This document shows positions 1-12,551 of a stretch of DNA of 64,000 nt, one piece after another; position 1 is the first letter of the stretch; each line of letters begins with the position of its first letter. The position numbers and the translations under genes were made by a program. The notes below the pieces were generated by a model. That model had not been told where the DNA came from and searched no databases. It saw nothing but the letters and a program-made list of their open reading frames with translations. The stretch spans positions 39,402,246 to 39,466,245 of the forward strand of contig NC_092382.1 of NCBI RefSeq assembly GCF_030028105.1, read 5' to 3'. The stretch is from Mobula birostris (taxonomy: Eukaryota).

Positions 1-2220
1 CACAGCCTCTAGGCACATCTTCCCACCTTTATCTTTAATCGGTCCTACCTTCACTCCTGTCATCCTTTTTTTCTTCACATAATTGAAGAATGCCTTGGGG
101 CTTTCCATTACCCTAGTCGTCAAGGCCTTCTCATGAGCCCTTCTTGCTCTTCTCTGCCCCTTCTTAAGCTCCTTTCTTGCTACCCTATATTCCTCAATAG
201 ACCCATCCGATCCTTGATTCCTAACCCTCATGTATGCTGCCTTCTTCCACCTGACTAGATTTTCCACTTCACTTGTCACCCATGGTTTCTTCACCCTACA
301 ATTCTTTACCTTCCTCACCGGGACAAATTTATCCCTAACATCCTGCCAGAGATACCTAAACATCGACCACATGCTCATAGTATATTTCCCTGCAAAAACA
401 TCATCCCAATTCACACCCGCAAATTCTAGTCTTATAGCCTCATAATTTGCCCTTCCCCAATCAAACATTTCCTGTCCTCTCTGATTCTATCCTTTTCTAT
501 GATAAAGTTAAAGGCCAGGGAGCCCGTGGTCACTATCTCCCAGATGCTCATCCACTGAGAGATCTGTGACCTGACCCGGTTATTTACCTAATACTAGATC
601 TAGAATGGCTTTCCCCCGAGTCGGCCTGTCAACATACTGTGACAGGAATCTGTCCTGGACACACTTAACAAACTGTGCCCCATCTAAACCATTGGAACTA
701 ATCCGGTGCCAATCAATATTAGCAAAGTTAAAGTCACCTATGATAACAACCCTGTTATTTATGCACCTTTCCAAAACCTGCCTCCCAATCTGCTCCTCGG
801 TATCTCTGCTGCTACCAGGGGGCCTATAGAGTACTCCAAATAGAGAAACTGTTCCCTTCCTGTTCCTGCCTCCGACCTTTACTGACTCACAAGAGGATCC
901 TGCTACATTATGCACCCTTTCTGTAGCTGTAATAGTATCCCTGACCAGTAATGCCACCCCTCCTCCCCTTTTTCCCCACTCTCTATCCCTTTCAAAGCAC
1001 TGAAATCTAGGAATATTGAGAGTCCATTCCTGCTCCGGTGCCAGCCAAGTCTCTGTAATGACCACTGCATCATACTTCCATGTATGTATCCAAACTCTCA
1101 GTTCATCACCTTTGTTCCTGATGCTTCTTGCATTGAAGTACATGCACTTTCTCTTTCCTCAAATCCTCTTTATATGTTAGATCTGGCTTTACTCCATGAT
1201 CTATACTTGCAGTTCTCGCATGACTTTTATCCTCCCCCAGCTCATTATCTGCTCTATCACTCTGGTACCCCTCCCCCTGCAAACCTAGTTTAAACCCCCC
1301 GGAACAGCATTATCAAACCTTCCTGCAAGGATGTTAGTCCCCCTCCAGTTCAGGTACAACCCGTTCCGTCGGAACAGGTCCCATCTTCCCTAGAACAAGG
1401 CCCAATTGTCCAGAAACATGAAGCCTTCCCTCCTGCACCAACTCCTTAGCCACGTATTTGCATTATCGTCCTATTTCTAGCCTAACTAGCACGTGGCACA
1501 GGTAACAATCCTGAGATTGCAACCCTCGAGGTCCTGTCCTTCAACTTTGAACCTAACTCCCTAAATTTACTTCGCAGGACCTCCTCCTTCTTCCTACCCA
1601 CATCATTGGTCCCTACATGGATCAGGACATCTGGCTGCTCACCCTCCCTCTTGAGAATACTGACAACCCGATCCAACATATCGCGGGCCCTGGCACCAGG
1701 GAGTCAACAGACCACTCGGGATTCTCGATCTCTCCCACAGAATCTCTTGTCTCTCCCTCTAACTATCGAATCCCCTATTACTACTGCTCTCCTCTTTTCC
1801 CTCCTTCCCTTCTGAGCCTCGGTGTCAGAGACGAAACCACTGCAACTTGTCCCTGGTAGGTCGTCCCCACCAACAGCATCCAAAACGGTATACTTATTAT
1901 TGATGGGACCGGTCACAGGGGTGCTCTGCTCATTCTGTCTATTTCCCCCCCCCCTCCCTCCTGACAGTCACCCAGCTACCAGCCTCCTGACTTTTAGAGG
2001 TTACTATCTGCCTGTAACTCCTGTCTATTTCTGCCTCTGCCTCACGAATGATCCGAAGTTCATCCAGCTCCAGCTCCAGTTCCCTAACTCGGTTTGTCAG
2101 GAGCTGCAGCTGGATGCACCTATTACCGGTGTAGTCATCAGCGATAATTGTTCCCGCCCTGACTTCCCACATACTGCAAACGGAGTACTCGACTGCCCTA
2201 ACTGCTGCTTCCATTATCTT
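1..2220 (-). mobile_element. CR1-clade LINE, 5' part (ORF1 zinc finger/leucine zipper + SGNH esterase; ORF2 APE endonuclease), degraded
   Basis: ORF 580-1143 has YFNARSI, ITETWL, YRPP, IIGDFNF and LDLVL (APE). 1482-1916 has AVVIGDSIVRG and IHVGTND (esterase). 1939-2214 has CSMW...C and RVRELELELDEL. The probable 5' UTR continues at ~3023-3290. Confidence 0.9.
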
Positions 2221-2225
2221 CTAGG

Positions 2226-3022
2226 CAGCACGGCACGGGCAGCAGCGGCCTTTCGGATCTGGTGTTACTATAATTTAGTTTTTAAATTTAATTTTAAGGC
2301 ACAATTTTTCTATTAGGGTACATGGATAACAGAGCGAATATCTACCATCGCAGATACTGCTACAATACAGAGATCGCCCAAAAACAAACCTTCATGAAGA
2401 CCTGCTGGTTAAATTGCGCGACCTCGGCTTGCTGAGGGGTTGGGGCCTGCAGTCCTCGGAGTCGCCTGATGACGGTGGCCGAAGGTGTGGACGCCGTAAG
2501 CGGTGTGCAAGGAAGCGGAAGCGAGGCGAGCGGGAAGGAGTACGTGCTGGGCGAAATTAAAGCCCTAACCGGTCAGTTCTCCCGTCCATTCTGCTCTCCA
2601 GTGTCCGCAAACCTGGACAATAAATTGGACTACATCCGATTCTAACGAAATACTCGGCGGGAGCACAGTAAGCAACGGAATCCCGGACGCCGCCTTTCGG
2701 CTGTTTATTTATGTAGCAGTTTCTCTGCCGAGCTATCGGACTCAATGCCCAGAGCCTGGACTGACACCACCCTGCTGCCCTCTGCTGTGCCCATTGTCTT
2801 GTTTATTATTTATTTCAATGCTTGCAGTGTTTTTTTTTTGTACTTTATGCAGTCCTGGGTAGGTCTGTAGTCTAGTGTAGTTTTTGTGTTGTTTTACGTA
2901 GTTCAGTGTAGTTTTTGTATTGCTTCATGTAGCACCATGGTCCTGAAAATCGTTGTCTTGTTTTTACTGCGTACTGTACCAGCATTTATGTCGAAATGAC
3001 AATAAAAAATAACTTGACTTGA
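2226..3022 (+). mobile_element. Internally deleted non-autonomous Rex1/Babar-type element inserted in the CR1
   Basis: Contains an LPSILLSSVR..LDNKLDYIR endonuclease N-terminus remnant (~2580-2640) and ends with AATAAA plus an (ACTTG)n-like tail at ~3000-3022. Confidence 0.6.
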
Positions 3023-3654
3023 CTACTCCTAAGTTAATTAGAGTTATTGGAGGAACCTACCCGGCCTTACCTCACTGGGAGCAAGCTCGTCCTCAGCCTC
3101 TGCCTGCCGAAGCCCCGTTAAGCCCAAGGCTTCCTACTCTGTCTCCCACTACTCCTCCACCCGCTCCTACGACGCCCGCTTCGTTAATCTGCTCGCTTTT
3201 TAAACTCTTCCGCTGTCTCACGGGCCGACTTTCAAGCACTTGCGCAGTCGTGCCCCCTTCAAACTGCCGAACTTTAAAAGTCCCCACTCACTGATGCTTC
3301 ATTATATGGTCTTTCGTTGACGTTTATGCAGTCGTTAACTGCCCTTGTAAGCCACAGGTGCCTACTCCTGCCATTTGAGACCTACTTCTGAGGGACAGTC
3401 CTGCGCCTTGTGACCTATTCCCAGAAGCTTCAGCTAGCACTGCTGTCCTGTCAACCTCACCAGTATCTCCCTCCAATCCATCTTCTCTCATGCTTCTGTA
3501 GTTCCCTTCATTCCATTGCCATTCTGATACATCTGACTTGCGCTTCTCAGATTGCAGTCTGCATTCAATCATATTATCATCACTGTATCCTACGGGTTCC
3601 TTTATGTTAAACACCCTAATAAGATCTAGTTTATTACACAGCCCTCTTTCAACA

Positions 3655-4275
3655 GGAGAAGATGGCGGCGCGCCTGCGTGTGCGCAGCCCTCTGGTGAAA
3701 AATGATATCGTATCTGTTAAATAGGGGCCGTGGACATTTCTGATTTGATGGCGAATGGACATGAAAGCACAGAGGAACATCTGGAGAATTTTCTGAAACT
3801 CCCGTTCGCTGCTGTCGTTACTGTGTGGTCGGGATCTTTCGGAGGGTAGGCCTCAAAATCCCCGGCCTTGCCTGCTTTTGGAGAACAAGAAGGAGGTCGA
3901 ATCGTTCGGACAGAGATGGCTCTCAGTACTCGGTGTCGGAGAGCTGATTAGAGCTCAACGTTTTCGGATGACTCAGAGTCAGATTGTGGTCAGCATGGCA
4001 GGGAGAGTTTTTCTTCCTTCTCCCGTCTGCGTGAGAAGTGGGGCATTTGAGAAACTTTGAACTTTACTGTGCTCATGGACTTCTTCATCAAGTTATGGTA
4101 TTTTTGCACTGTTTGTAACTATATGTTATCATTATGTGGTTTTGTCAGTTTTTTCAGTCTTGGTCTGTCCTGTGTTTTGTGATATCACACCGGAGGAAAT
4201 AATGTATCATTTCTTAATGCATGCATTACTAAATGACAATAAAAGAGGACTACATATCTTCATAATCTAATCTAA
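3655..4275 (+). mobile_element. SINE-like non-autonomous retroposon
   Basis: Starts AAGATGGCGGCGCG and ends AATAAA...(TAATC)n. Its 3' ~190 bp recur at ~6205-6390. Confidence 0.6.
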
Positions 4276-4390
4276 GATGGCCCATCCCGACTAGGCTCAA
4301 GCACAAATTGCTCTAAAAAGCTATCTCGCAGGCATTCAACAAATTCCCTCTCAGGCAATACGTCGCCAACCTGATTTTCTCAATTCTCCT

Positions 4391-4646
4391 ACAGGAGGAA
4401 ATCTGCAGATGCTGCAATTTCAAGCAACACACATCAAACTTGCTGGTGAACGCAGCAGGCCAAGCAGCATCTCTAGGAAGAGGTACAGTCGACGTTTCGG
4501 GCCGAGACCCTTCGTCCTGACTCGTCCAACAGGTTAGATTGCACGGAATCCAGAGGACGAGAGCTGATTGGATTCACATTTACCTGAATGGTAAGAGGCC
4601 GAGGGTGATACTTGAAGTTTGTTACCAGCAACGTTGATGTGTGTTG
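4391..4646 (-). mobile_element. Penelope-like terminal repeat insertion with captured inverted flanking DNA
   Basis: 4391-4518 is the reverse complement of the PLE end seen at 51760-51890. 4519-4621 is the reverse complement of 5101-5203. The insert is flanked by TTCTCAATTCTCYT direct repeats (4377-4390, 4647-4660). Confidence 0.75.
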
Positions 4647-6204
4647 TTCTCAATTCTCTTGTTGATTAAAGTCCCCATTGCAATTGTGACATTACCCACA
4701 ATATGTGCATTTTCTAGTTCCCTTTGCAATCAGCACTCTACATCCCGGCTAGAACTTGGAGAGCTATATTCATTCAAATGTGTGTTTTTTCCCCCCTTGC
4801 GGTTTCTTAACTTCCACCAGAAAGATTCGACATTCTCCAACCTTATGCCCCCCTTTCTAAAGATATAATTCCATCTCTTACCAACACTTTCCATGTCTTG
4901 CCAATCCAAATCTCTCATTCCAAGATGATCCTCTTGATGTTTTTCTTGGCCATCTACACTATCTGCAACACCACCTGTTTCAGTATCATTTGCAAACTGG
5001 GTACATTCACATCCAGATCATTCATATAAAGTTTAAGAAACAAATGCCCCGGACTGACCCTTGTGAGACATCAGTAAATATGTGACTCCTGTCCGAGAAA
5101 CAAACTTCAAGTATCACCCTCTGCCTCTTACCATTCAGGTAAATGTGAATCCAATCAGCTCTCGTTCTCTGGATTCCGTGCAATCTAACCTGTTGGACGA
5201 GTCTGCCATGACAGACTTCGGCAAAGGCCTTGCTAAAATCCACGCAGAGAACATGTACTATGTTCTCTTCATTTACAATCCTAGCTGCTTCCTTGTAATA
5301 ATCTGAAACATTTGTCTGGCATGACATTCCACGGTGTCATAATGACGGTTCCGTATCAGACTCTGTCTCCTGAAATGCTGCTGCATGCTGGCCCTCAGTA
5401 TCCTCTCCGGCGACTTCCCCACTATCGACGTCTGGTTGTTTATATTCCGACTTGTTTTTGCGACCCATTTTAGAAATGGTAACAGTTTGTCTACCCTCTT
5501 GTTGTCCAAAATCTCACCAGAGGACAAATATGAAGCAACAAACAAATCTAAGGGTTTCTGTAAGGTGTTTCCTCATTTTCCACTAAGGCCCTGGGGTTGT
5601 ATCTATCTTCCTGGACTGTAAGGATCTAACACCCCTGCTTGCTGATTAACTTACGGAAAAAGAAACATCATTGATGAATTCACGTTTTTGCTTCACTTCT
5701 GCTAGTTCCTACACCGTCAAAACGTAGAGACATGTTTATTAAAATATTTATATGTCTTTTGTAACACACACAGATGGTGATATTGATTTTTAGCAGAACA
5801 TATTTTCTCCCTAATGTCCGTTTGACTCGTCATATATGTACAATCTTGGGAATTCGTCTCATCTTGACTTCCAGGTCCTTCCCATAGCCACCTTTACCCT
5901 GCTAACCTTAATAACATGTGTAATTATCAAGAAATTAACTAGTTCAAAATTGCTTATGTGCAGAATATACTTCCCCCTTTCCACAGACTCAGTTTCTCTC
6001 ATTAGCCAGCTGCCCAGAGACCTGCCAGTCTTATCTTTCACCCGAACAGGAACATGCAGGCCCTGAACTCCTGACCTCACGCTCTTCTTATCACTATAAC
6101 ATTCCCACTTGTGAGATGCTACTTTCCTGTAAGCATTAACCACTGCAAGATCCAACGTTATTGCTCAAACCTCATTCAGTTTCTGTTCAGGAAATTCACT
6201 GTTC

Positions 6205-6390
6205 TGTGTCAAGTTACGGTATTGCTTTGCACAGTTATAACTATATGTTATAATTATGTGTTTTTGTCAGTTTTTTAGTCTTGTTCTGTCTTGTGTTTCT
6301 GTAATATCATACTGGAGGAACATTGTATCATTTCTTAATGCATGCATGGCTAAATGACAATAAATGAGGACTGTCTGTCCTCATAATTTA
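6205..6390 (+). mobile_element. 5'-truncated copy of the SINE-like element at 3655-4275
   Basis: Aligns to ~4090-4265 (TCAAGTTAYGGTATT...ATGCATGC...TAAATGACAATAAA). Confidence 0.7.
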
Positions 6391-6917
6391 ACTTGTGAGC
6401 AGATCACGTGCTTTTCCAGAATCACTTAAAATTTATTAGTATTCTGTTCATTGGAGGCAATGTGCTCACCGGCAAGCACATCCGCCATTTACCCTACCTA
6501 ATTTCTCAGGAGCAGATCCAGTACTTTACCCTGTCAAGCACTCCGCCGTTATATTGAGGAAAGAAGCTTTCTTGGGCACATTTCACAAATTCAACACCAT
6601 GTTTTTACACTATGATAGGCCAAATCAATTTAAGAGAAACGAAACTATCTTACTACTACTACTACCTTAGTAGTAAACTGCACACATTTTCTGTGTTTAA
6701 AAAATGAACCTAAGACTCCCTCTATTCTTTCGGACAATCACCTTAAAATTATGTTCTCTTGTTTTCGCCACTTCCAAAATCCTCTTGCTGTCTATTCGAA
6801 TTATGCCTCTTATAATCTTGCATAGCTCTTTGAAGTCACCTCCCATCCTTCGTCACTCCAAAGAAAAACATCCTAATCTTACTCAACTGTTCCCCACAAG
6901 ACATGCTTTGTAAAGTT

Positions 6918-7590
6918 CAATGTTTAAAATAAATGTATTGTTCTTTTACTACCCTGAGTGTCACTTTTGCGCAATACACCGCATTTACAAGAAAGCACAA
7001 TGAAATCAATGAAAAACTGCAGACAACAACGGCGGCCAAAAAACCAATACACAAAGACAACAAAGACGATAAATTGCGCAAATAATGAAAAAAAAAGAAT
7101 GACAATAAATATGAAACAAATATGGAGAACATGTGTTTTAGAGTACTCGAATGTCATCTCCTCGTTGGGGTGTGTGAAATTATCTTCTGTGCTTCAAGAG
7201 CCTGAACCTTGTGTTCCGTGAACTGACTTTCCTGTAACTCGTTCATGATGAGAATATCTTGAAGCAAGAATCACCTGGACGATGGGGGGCGGGGTGCGGG
7301 TGGTGGTTGGTCCTTAATGATGAAAGCTACTTTCCTGTAAATTCCCTCCTTGTAGATGGCCTCAGTGGAGGGGAGTGGTTTACTGTGAAGGGCTGGCGGT
7401 ATCCGCAACTTCCCATTGGCTGTTCCATTCAAGGACATTGGCGTTTCCATAGAAGACCAGATGCAGCCAGTCAAAATATCCTTACTGTACATCTATATAA
7501 GCTTGTCAAAGTATAGATGGCATGCTAAATTTGCACAAACTTATATATTATAAGCTGTGAATACCGGAGACGCTTTCTAGGATGCTGCCA
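6918..7590 (-). mobile_element. Rex1/Babar-type LINE 3' end, degraded
   Basis: ORF 7271-7492 reads SKDILTGCI...IIKDQ, matching the C-terminus of the other Rex-like copies. AATAAA-like signal and tail near 6920-6940 on the minus strand. Confidence 0.55.
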
Positions 7591-10500
7591 ACGAATTCTG
7601 CTCCTCTAAGCCTCCACACTATGCATCCCAGTCAGAAATGGAGAAACTAGTCACACAACACTCTGTTGCTTTAACAACTTTCCATTACCTGCCTACATTT
7701 CTGCTCCGCTTTCTGCTGACGGCATTTCAGGAACCTTTGGAAACTGAAGCGCACAGCATTTCAAGCTTATCATTTATCAACAGCCTGAAAAATGCCCAAT
7801 GGGAGGGAAGTAATTAATATTGCCCATGAATTACATTCCAGTGTCAGGGTTGTACATGTCTCTGTCTTTGTAGAGCTGGGGATACACTAGTGTTTAACGG
7901 TGGAGTACAATGCTGGGTGCGTACAGTTCTGTGTGCTCACGGCAGGTTGCTGAGAGTTTTATAGGTCTGCGTCCAAGTAATGAATGTCTGTATATTGTAA
8001 TTTAAATGGTCCCTCTAGTCCACTGCTGACTGTTCCTCTAGGATCTCATATGCAGAGCACCCTGCACTTTCTCTCCATGTTAATCTATAGCAAATGGTGT
8101 CTCTGCAGTACACTGCTTGGTTAATACGTGTCTACCTCCCTGCTGTGCAGTGCTGGAGCTATGCTGGGCAGTATGGTTTTAGAGGTCTGCATACCTCCAG
8201 TTTTGCTGAAGTCTGGTACACAGCGGGCTGAATATTGTTTGCTTTGGCATGTGTCTTCATACTGCAAGGTGTTTTTTTTTTCAAGTCTTTCTATTTACGG
8301 CAAATGTCTGTACTGGAAATCTGCGTCATCACAGAGCAGTGTTGGTTCTGTTGGGGTTTGTATTTCTCGAGTTTGGTTCTGTGTAAGTCAGCTCTATGGG
8401 TTTGTCATGGAGTGCAGAATATAATGATGCTTGTATGACTGTTAAATTTCTGTTCGTTGCAGCTATTATACAGATCTCTGTTCACACCATGCAAAGTGTC
8501 CGTGTATAATAATAAGTTTTGCCCCTCCACTGCTGTTCCAGTATGACCAGATGTTGTAAAGGCCTGTGTGCTTACACCATGCCGCTAACAGTTGTAAAGA
8601 TTGGTGGCCTTGACGTATGGGGCGATTTGTTGTGTCGATATGTATCAACACAGTACCATAACAGCTGTGTTTAAGGTCTATGTCCGTACAGCATGATGCT
8701 AACTACTGCAAACTTCATTGTCCTTTGCCTGGAGCGAGCTGTTGTAATGGTCCGCGTCCTTACAGTGCGGTATTGTAAGGGCCAGCGTCCCTTTTTATGC
8801 AGTGTTGGTGTTTATATGTCTGCGTAACAGTGCAAAACTGGGATTGTCCAGCTCTGGGTCATCAGTGTCATGTTTCGAGAAATCTCTGTCCATGTGTTAG
8901 AATCTTGTACTAGTCACTGCCTTTATTGGCCTTTGCTGTGCTTTGGCAGATCAGAGTTCTCGGAATACAGTACCAGCATTTTTACAGAAGTGAGTCCTTA
9001 TTACACAAGCTGGCCGTGTACTCCGAGGTAAGTTTCAAATCTCGGGGAGACCAGACTGAGTTTTTGATATCATTAGTGGGCACGAGATCATTGCGGGATG
9101 GAGTAAACCAATCAAAAAGTCAAATCCAATCGAACTGCTGGTGTAACATTCTCACTGTTCCGTTTTCCACTCTCTTGCTGCAAGCCGGACGGTTAATGAT
9201 CCTGAATTACCTGTCCAGTTTCTCTTTGAACACTCTGTCTGTTTGTTCACATCACCTCTGTAGGCAGTCTGTCTCAGATGAGAACCACAGTCAGTGTGGA
9301 AATAAGAAATTTGTCACATGGCCGTGTGATTCTTTCCTCATTGGGCGTCAAATTATTGACCAACCATCAGTGAAGAGTACGGAACAGAAAAGTCCCCTAA
9401 CTGTATGTGTGCTGGCCATGACAACAAAATTAAACTGCATGTTTCCCGATATGTTGTCTGACTCCCTCAGTCGGGAAAATCGATCAAAGGATTTACTCAC
9501 CTTTGTACCCTTTGACCCAACACCACCTCCTTCTTAGTATCAACACGTCTGTCAATATCAACATACATCCTTCCTGACCCGCTTCATCGATGTCCTTCTC
9601 CTTAGTGAACAGCAATTGATTCAAAATATTCACTTTGTTCCTCACATATTAACTTTGCCTCCAGGGATAAACTTCTTTCTTTGCCCGTCAGTGGCGCTGT
9701 GCTCTCCCCAGTATAGTGTTGTTTTCAGTGTATGCAGTGTATGATTCTTGTTAATCCTCTCACTGAGGATATGTGTTGGTCATTTTTTACTCTCCTGATT
9801 CACAATATGACTTGTTTCTTCGTGTCTAAATGTTCTTCCAGGATCTTATTATATTTCCGCTTCCTAAATCTCACATATCATTCCTCTTAATTTGTTAAAA
9901 TAACTGCAATATCTCTGATCATCCCAAGTTCCTTAATGTCCCCATCTTCTGTACTCTCCTCCCAAAGAATTTTGACCAACAGGACGGTAAGTGACATTCA
10001 TATACTTTACTTAACTAATAGTATCGGCACAATGACAACTCTCTAAAATTCCAGCACATTTCTACTGCCATTAACCTTCTCCGAATCTGCATTTATCCTC
10101 CTGCAGGTCCACTCTTACTCTTATCAATAACCGTTTGAAAAACCTCCAGAATTATACTCCGTAAATATTTCCCAATGGAAATCCAATTATGTTATTTCCC
10201 TATGCTAAGTCAAGAATATCTCTTTCCCTGGTCTTCCAACTACATGTTGATTATGGAAACCTTCTTGAACACACCGAAACCATAAACCCCATCCAAACCT
10301 AATGCTATAAGAGAATCACAGTCACGCTGGGGAGATTATTCACCCACTTTCGCTGCCCTATTGTTTTTTACATTAGCCCATAAGCTCCCGGCACATATCT
10401 CTTACAGGTTACAGATACAATCCCATTACGGTGATTCCACATGTCTAGTTCTTGAGCTCGCTCCGCATTGTCTGATTAGTTGAGCATCTGGGATGACTTT

Positions 10501-10904
10501 ACCTCTGTGACATTTTGCATCATCAGCAGCACAGCTCCTCATCCTCTTTGTCCTTCGTCTGGTCTGCGTGAGTCATCTGGAATGTTTAGCTACTAATCCT
10601 GCCCTTCTCTCAAGCAAACATGTGTAATGGCTGAGTCACTGCGTCGCCCAGTAATCTGTGTTCTAGTCCGCTGAATGATAATCTTCCAGTTTGTGCTTGT
10701 TCAGAGTGACTGTCCAACTTTCCGCTTCCGTGATTTCAAAAATAACGGAACCTTGGTTCAATCAATTATCATGTGTCTATTTCTGCTTTCTCCAATCTAT
10801 TAGACGGTCGTTTTCATTCATTATTCGCTTCATGTTTGTCTTGGGTCGGTTTCGTGTTGGCACCGTCCAATATCACTCTGATATTGACCAGGATTAGACG
10901 AATC

Positions 10905-11130
10905 ACAAACAAGTAAAAGTCTGGAGATGTCAGAAATCCAGGTAGCACGCACAAAGTGCTGCAGAAATTCCGCAGGCCAGGAAGCATCTATGGAAGAGAG
11001 TAAGCAGTCATTGTAATGAGCTGAGAACCTTAAGCAGAGCTGGATCTTTTTTTTAAATTCCCAAACCTGTTGAAGAGCCTTAGACCTAAACGGCGAGTGC
11101 ACAATTTCCAATAGTTGCTGCCTGACATCG
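10905..11130. mobile_element. Old Penelope-like terminal repeats in inverted arrangement
   Basis: Degenerate match to the PLE end motif (TCTGxAGATG..GAAAT..AAGTGCTG..GCAGGCCAGGAAGCATCTATGGA), followed by a reverse-oriented decayed copy. Confidence 0.5.
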
Positions 11131-11209
11131 ATTCCTCCTACACTTTGCATATGAGTAGACCATATCTGGTCCTATTTCGCGTCAGTCGCTCCCGTTCTTC
11201 TTCTGCTAT

Positions 11210-11960
11210 TCTCTCTCTCTCTACCTCTCCTCTCTCTCCCACACTCGTTCTCTTTCTCTCTCTCTCATCCTATCTCTCTCTCTACCTCTGCCACATTCTC
11301 TCTCCCCCACTCGTTCTATCTCTGTTTCTCTTGCCCTCCCTCTCCCGCTATCTGTCCCACTTTCTCTACCACGCTCTCCCACTCTTACGCTCTCTATCTC
11401 TCTCACTCACCCTCTCCCTCTAGCTCACGCTCTTCCTCAGTCTTTCTCTCCCTTTCGCTTTCCCTGTCTCCGAAAATCCCTCCCTCTCTGTCTCCCTCTC
11501 GCTCTCTCTCCATCACATCTATCATTCTCTCCCTGTCTCTCTCTGTCTTTCACGCTCTGCACACTCACTATCGCTCTCGCGCTCCCTCGATCTCCCTCTC
11601 CCCACTTGTTCCCTCTCTCTATCTCTCTACCTCTTCCACACTCTCTCTATCCCCCACTCGTTCTATCTCTGTTTCTCTTGCCCCTCCGTCTCCCGCTATC
11701 AGTCCCACTTTCTCCCTTACGCTCTCCCACTCTTGCGCTCACCATCTCTCTCTCTCTCTCCATCTCTCTCAATCCATCTCTCTCTCTCACTCTCTCTCTC
11801 TAGCTCATGCTCTTCCGCAGTCTTTCTCTCCCTTTTACTCCCCCTTTCTCCGAATCTCCCTCCCTCTCCGTCTCCCTCTCGCTTTTATTCTCTCCCTGTC
11901 TCTCTTTGACTTTCGCGCTCTCCACACTCACTATCGCTCTCGCTCTCCCTCGCTCTACCA
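11210..11960. repeat. CT-rich low-complexity tract with an internal ~350-bp tandem duplication
   Basis: Almost pure pyrimidine strand. The block CTCTCTACCTCT..CCCCCACTCGTTCTATCTCTGTTTCTCTTGCCC occurs at ~11275 and ~11621. Confidence 0.85.
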
Positions 11961-12289
11961 CTCAGTCTTGCTTCCTTGTCGTAAGTTTTAAAATCGCAAA
12001 ATCTGCTACCGGAAGATAGTTCATGGTGGCAGAGAGAGGCTGCAGGTACAGAAAGAGGAAAATAAAAGAGGTTTAACGAAGAGATGGGTTATATCGGAAG
12101 CAAGAGCTGTTGATAAAAAGGAAAACATGCTGCAACATCAGGAAGCATTGTCAGAACAGAGAAACCAGAGTAACAGATTCACTGCAAGCTTTACTCGGGG
12201 CCGGAGGTGATGTGCAAGGGGGAGTTTTCCGGCGCGCTGAGGCCGGAAACGCCGTGGTGTAAAGCTGCAAACAGCGCTTTTGTAACTCT

Positions 12290-12450
12290 GCTGCAATGCA
12301 CACAACATGCTGAAGGGTCTCAGCAGACCAGGCAGCAATTCTGGAAAAGAGTAAACAGTCAACGTTTCTGGCCGACACTATTCGTCAGGAAGCTGATTTT
12401 GTGTGTGTTGTTTTGAATTTCAAGCATCAGCTGATTTTCCCGTGTTTGTG
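12290..12450. mobile_element. Old inverted Penelope-like terminal remnant downstream of GPCR copy 1 (homologues after all four genes)
   Basis: The minus strand reads CTGACGA-atagtgtcggcca-GAAA-CGTTGAC (decayed hammerhead). Homologous sequence lies at ~21590-21650/22545-22590, ~51900-52010 and ~59190-59310. Confidence 0.55.
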
Positions 12451-12551
12451 TTGTAACTCTGTTCATCACGTTGCTTACATTTACCCACAAGTGTGAGTAC
12501 AGAATGTGAGGATGAAGGCAGCTGAAATACGAAACTTTACAGCATATATTT

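Larger units (their letters stand above)
3290..6160 (-). mobile_element. Old CR1 ORF2 remnants interrupted by younger insertions
   Basis: Fragments encode a GDFN-like endonuclease motif (~4660-4700) and RT motifs VDFSKAF and VSQGSV (5022-5327), with many stops and frameshifts. Confidence 0.75.

Noticed and set aside
8926-9537. 203-aa plus-strand ORF
   Set aside because: TTG start, no recognisable domain and no splice or paralogue support.
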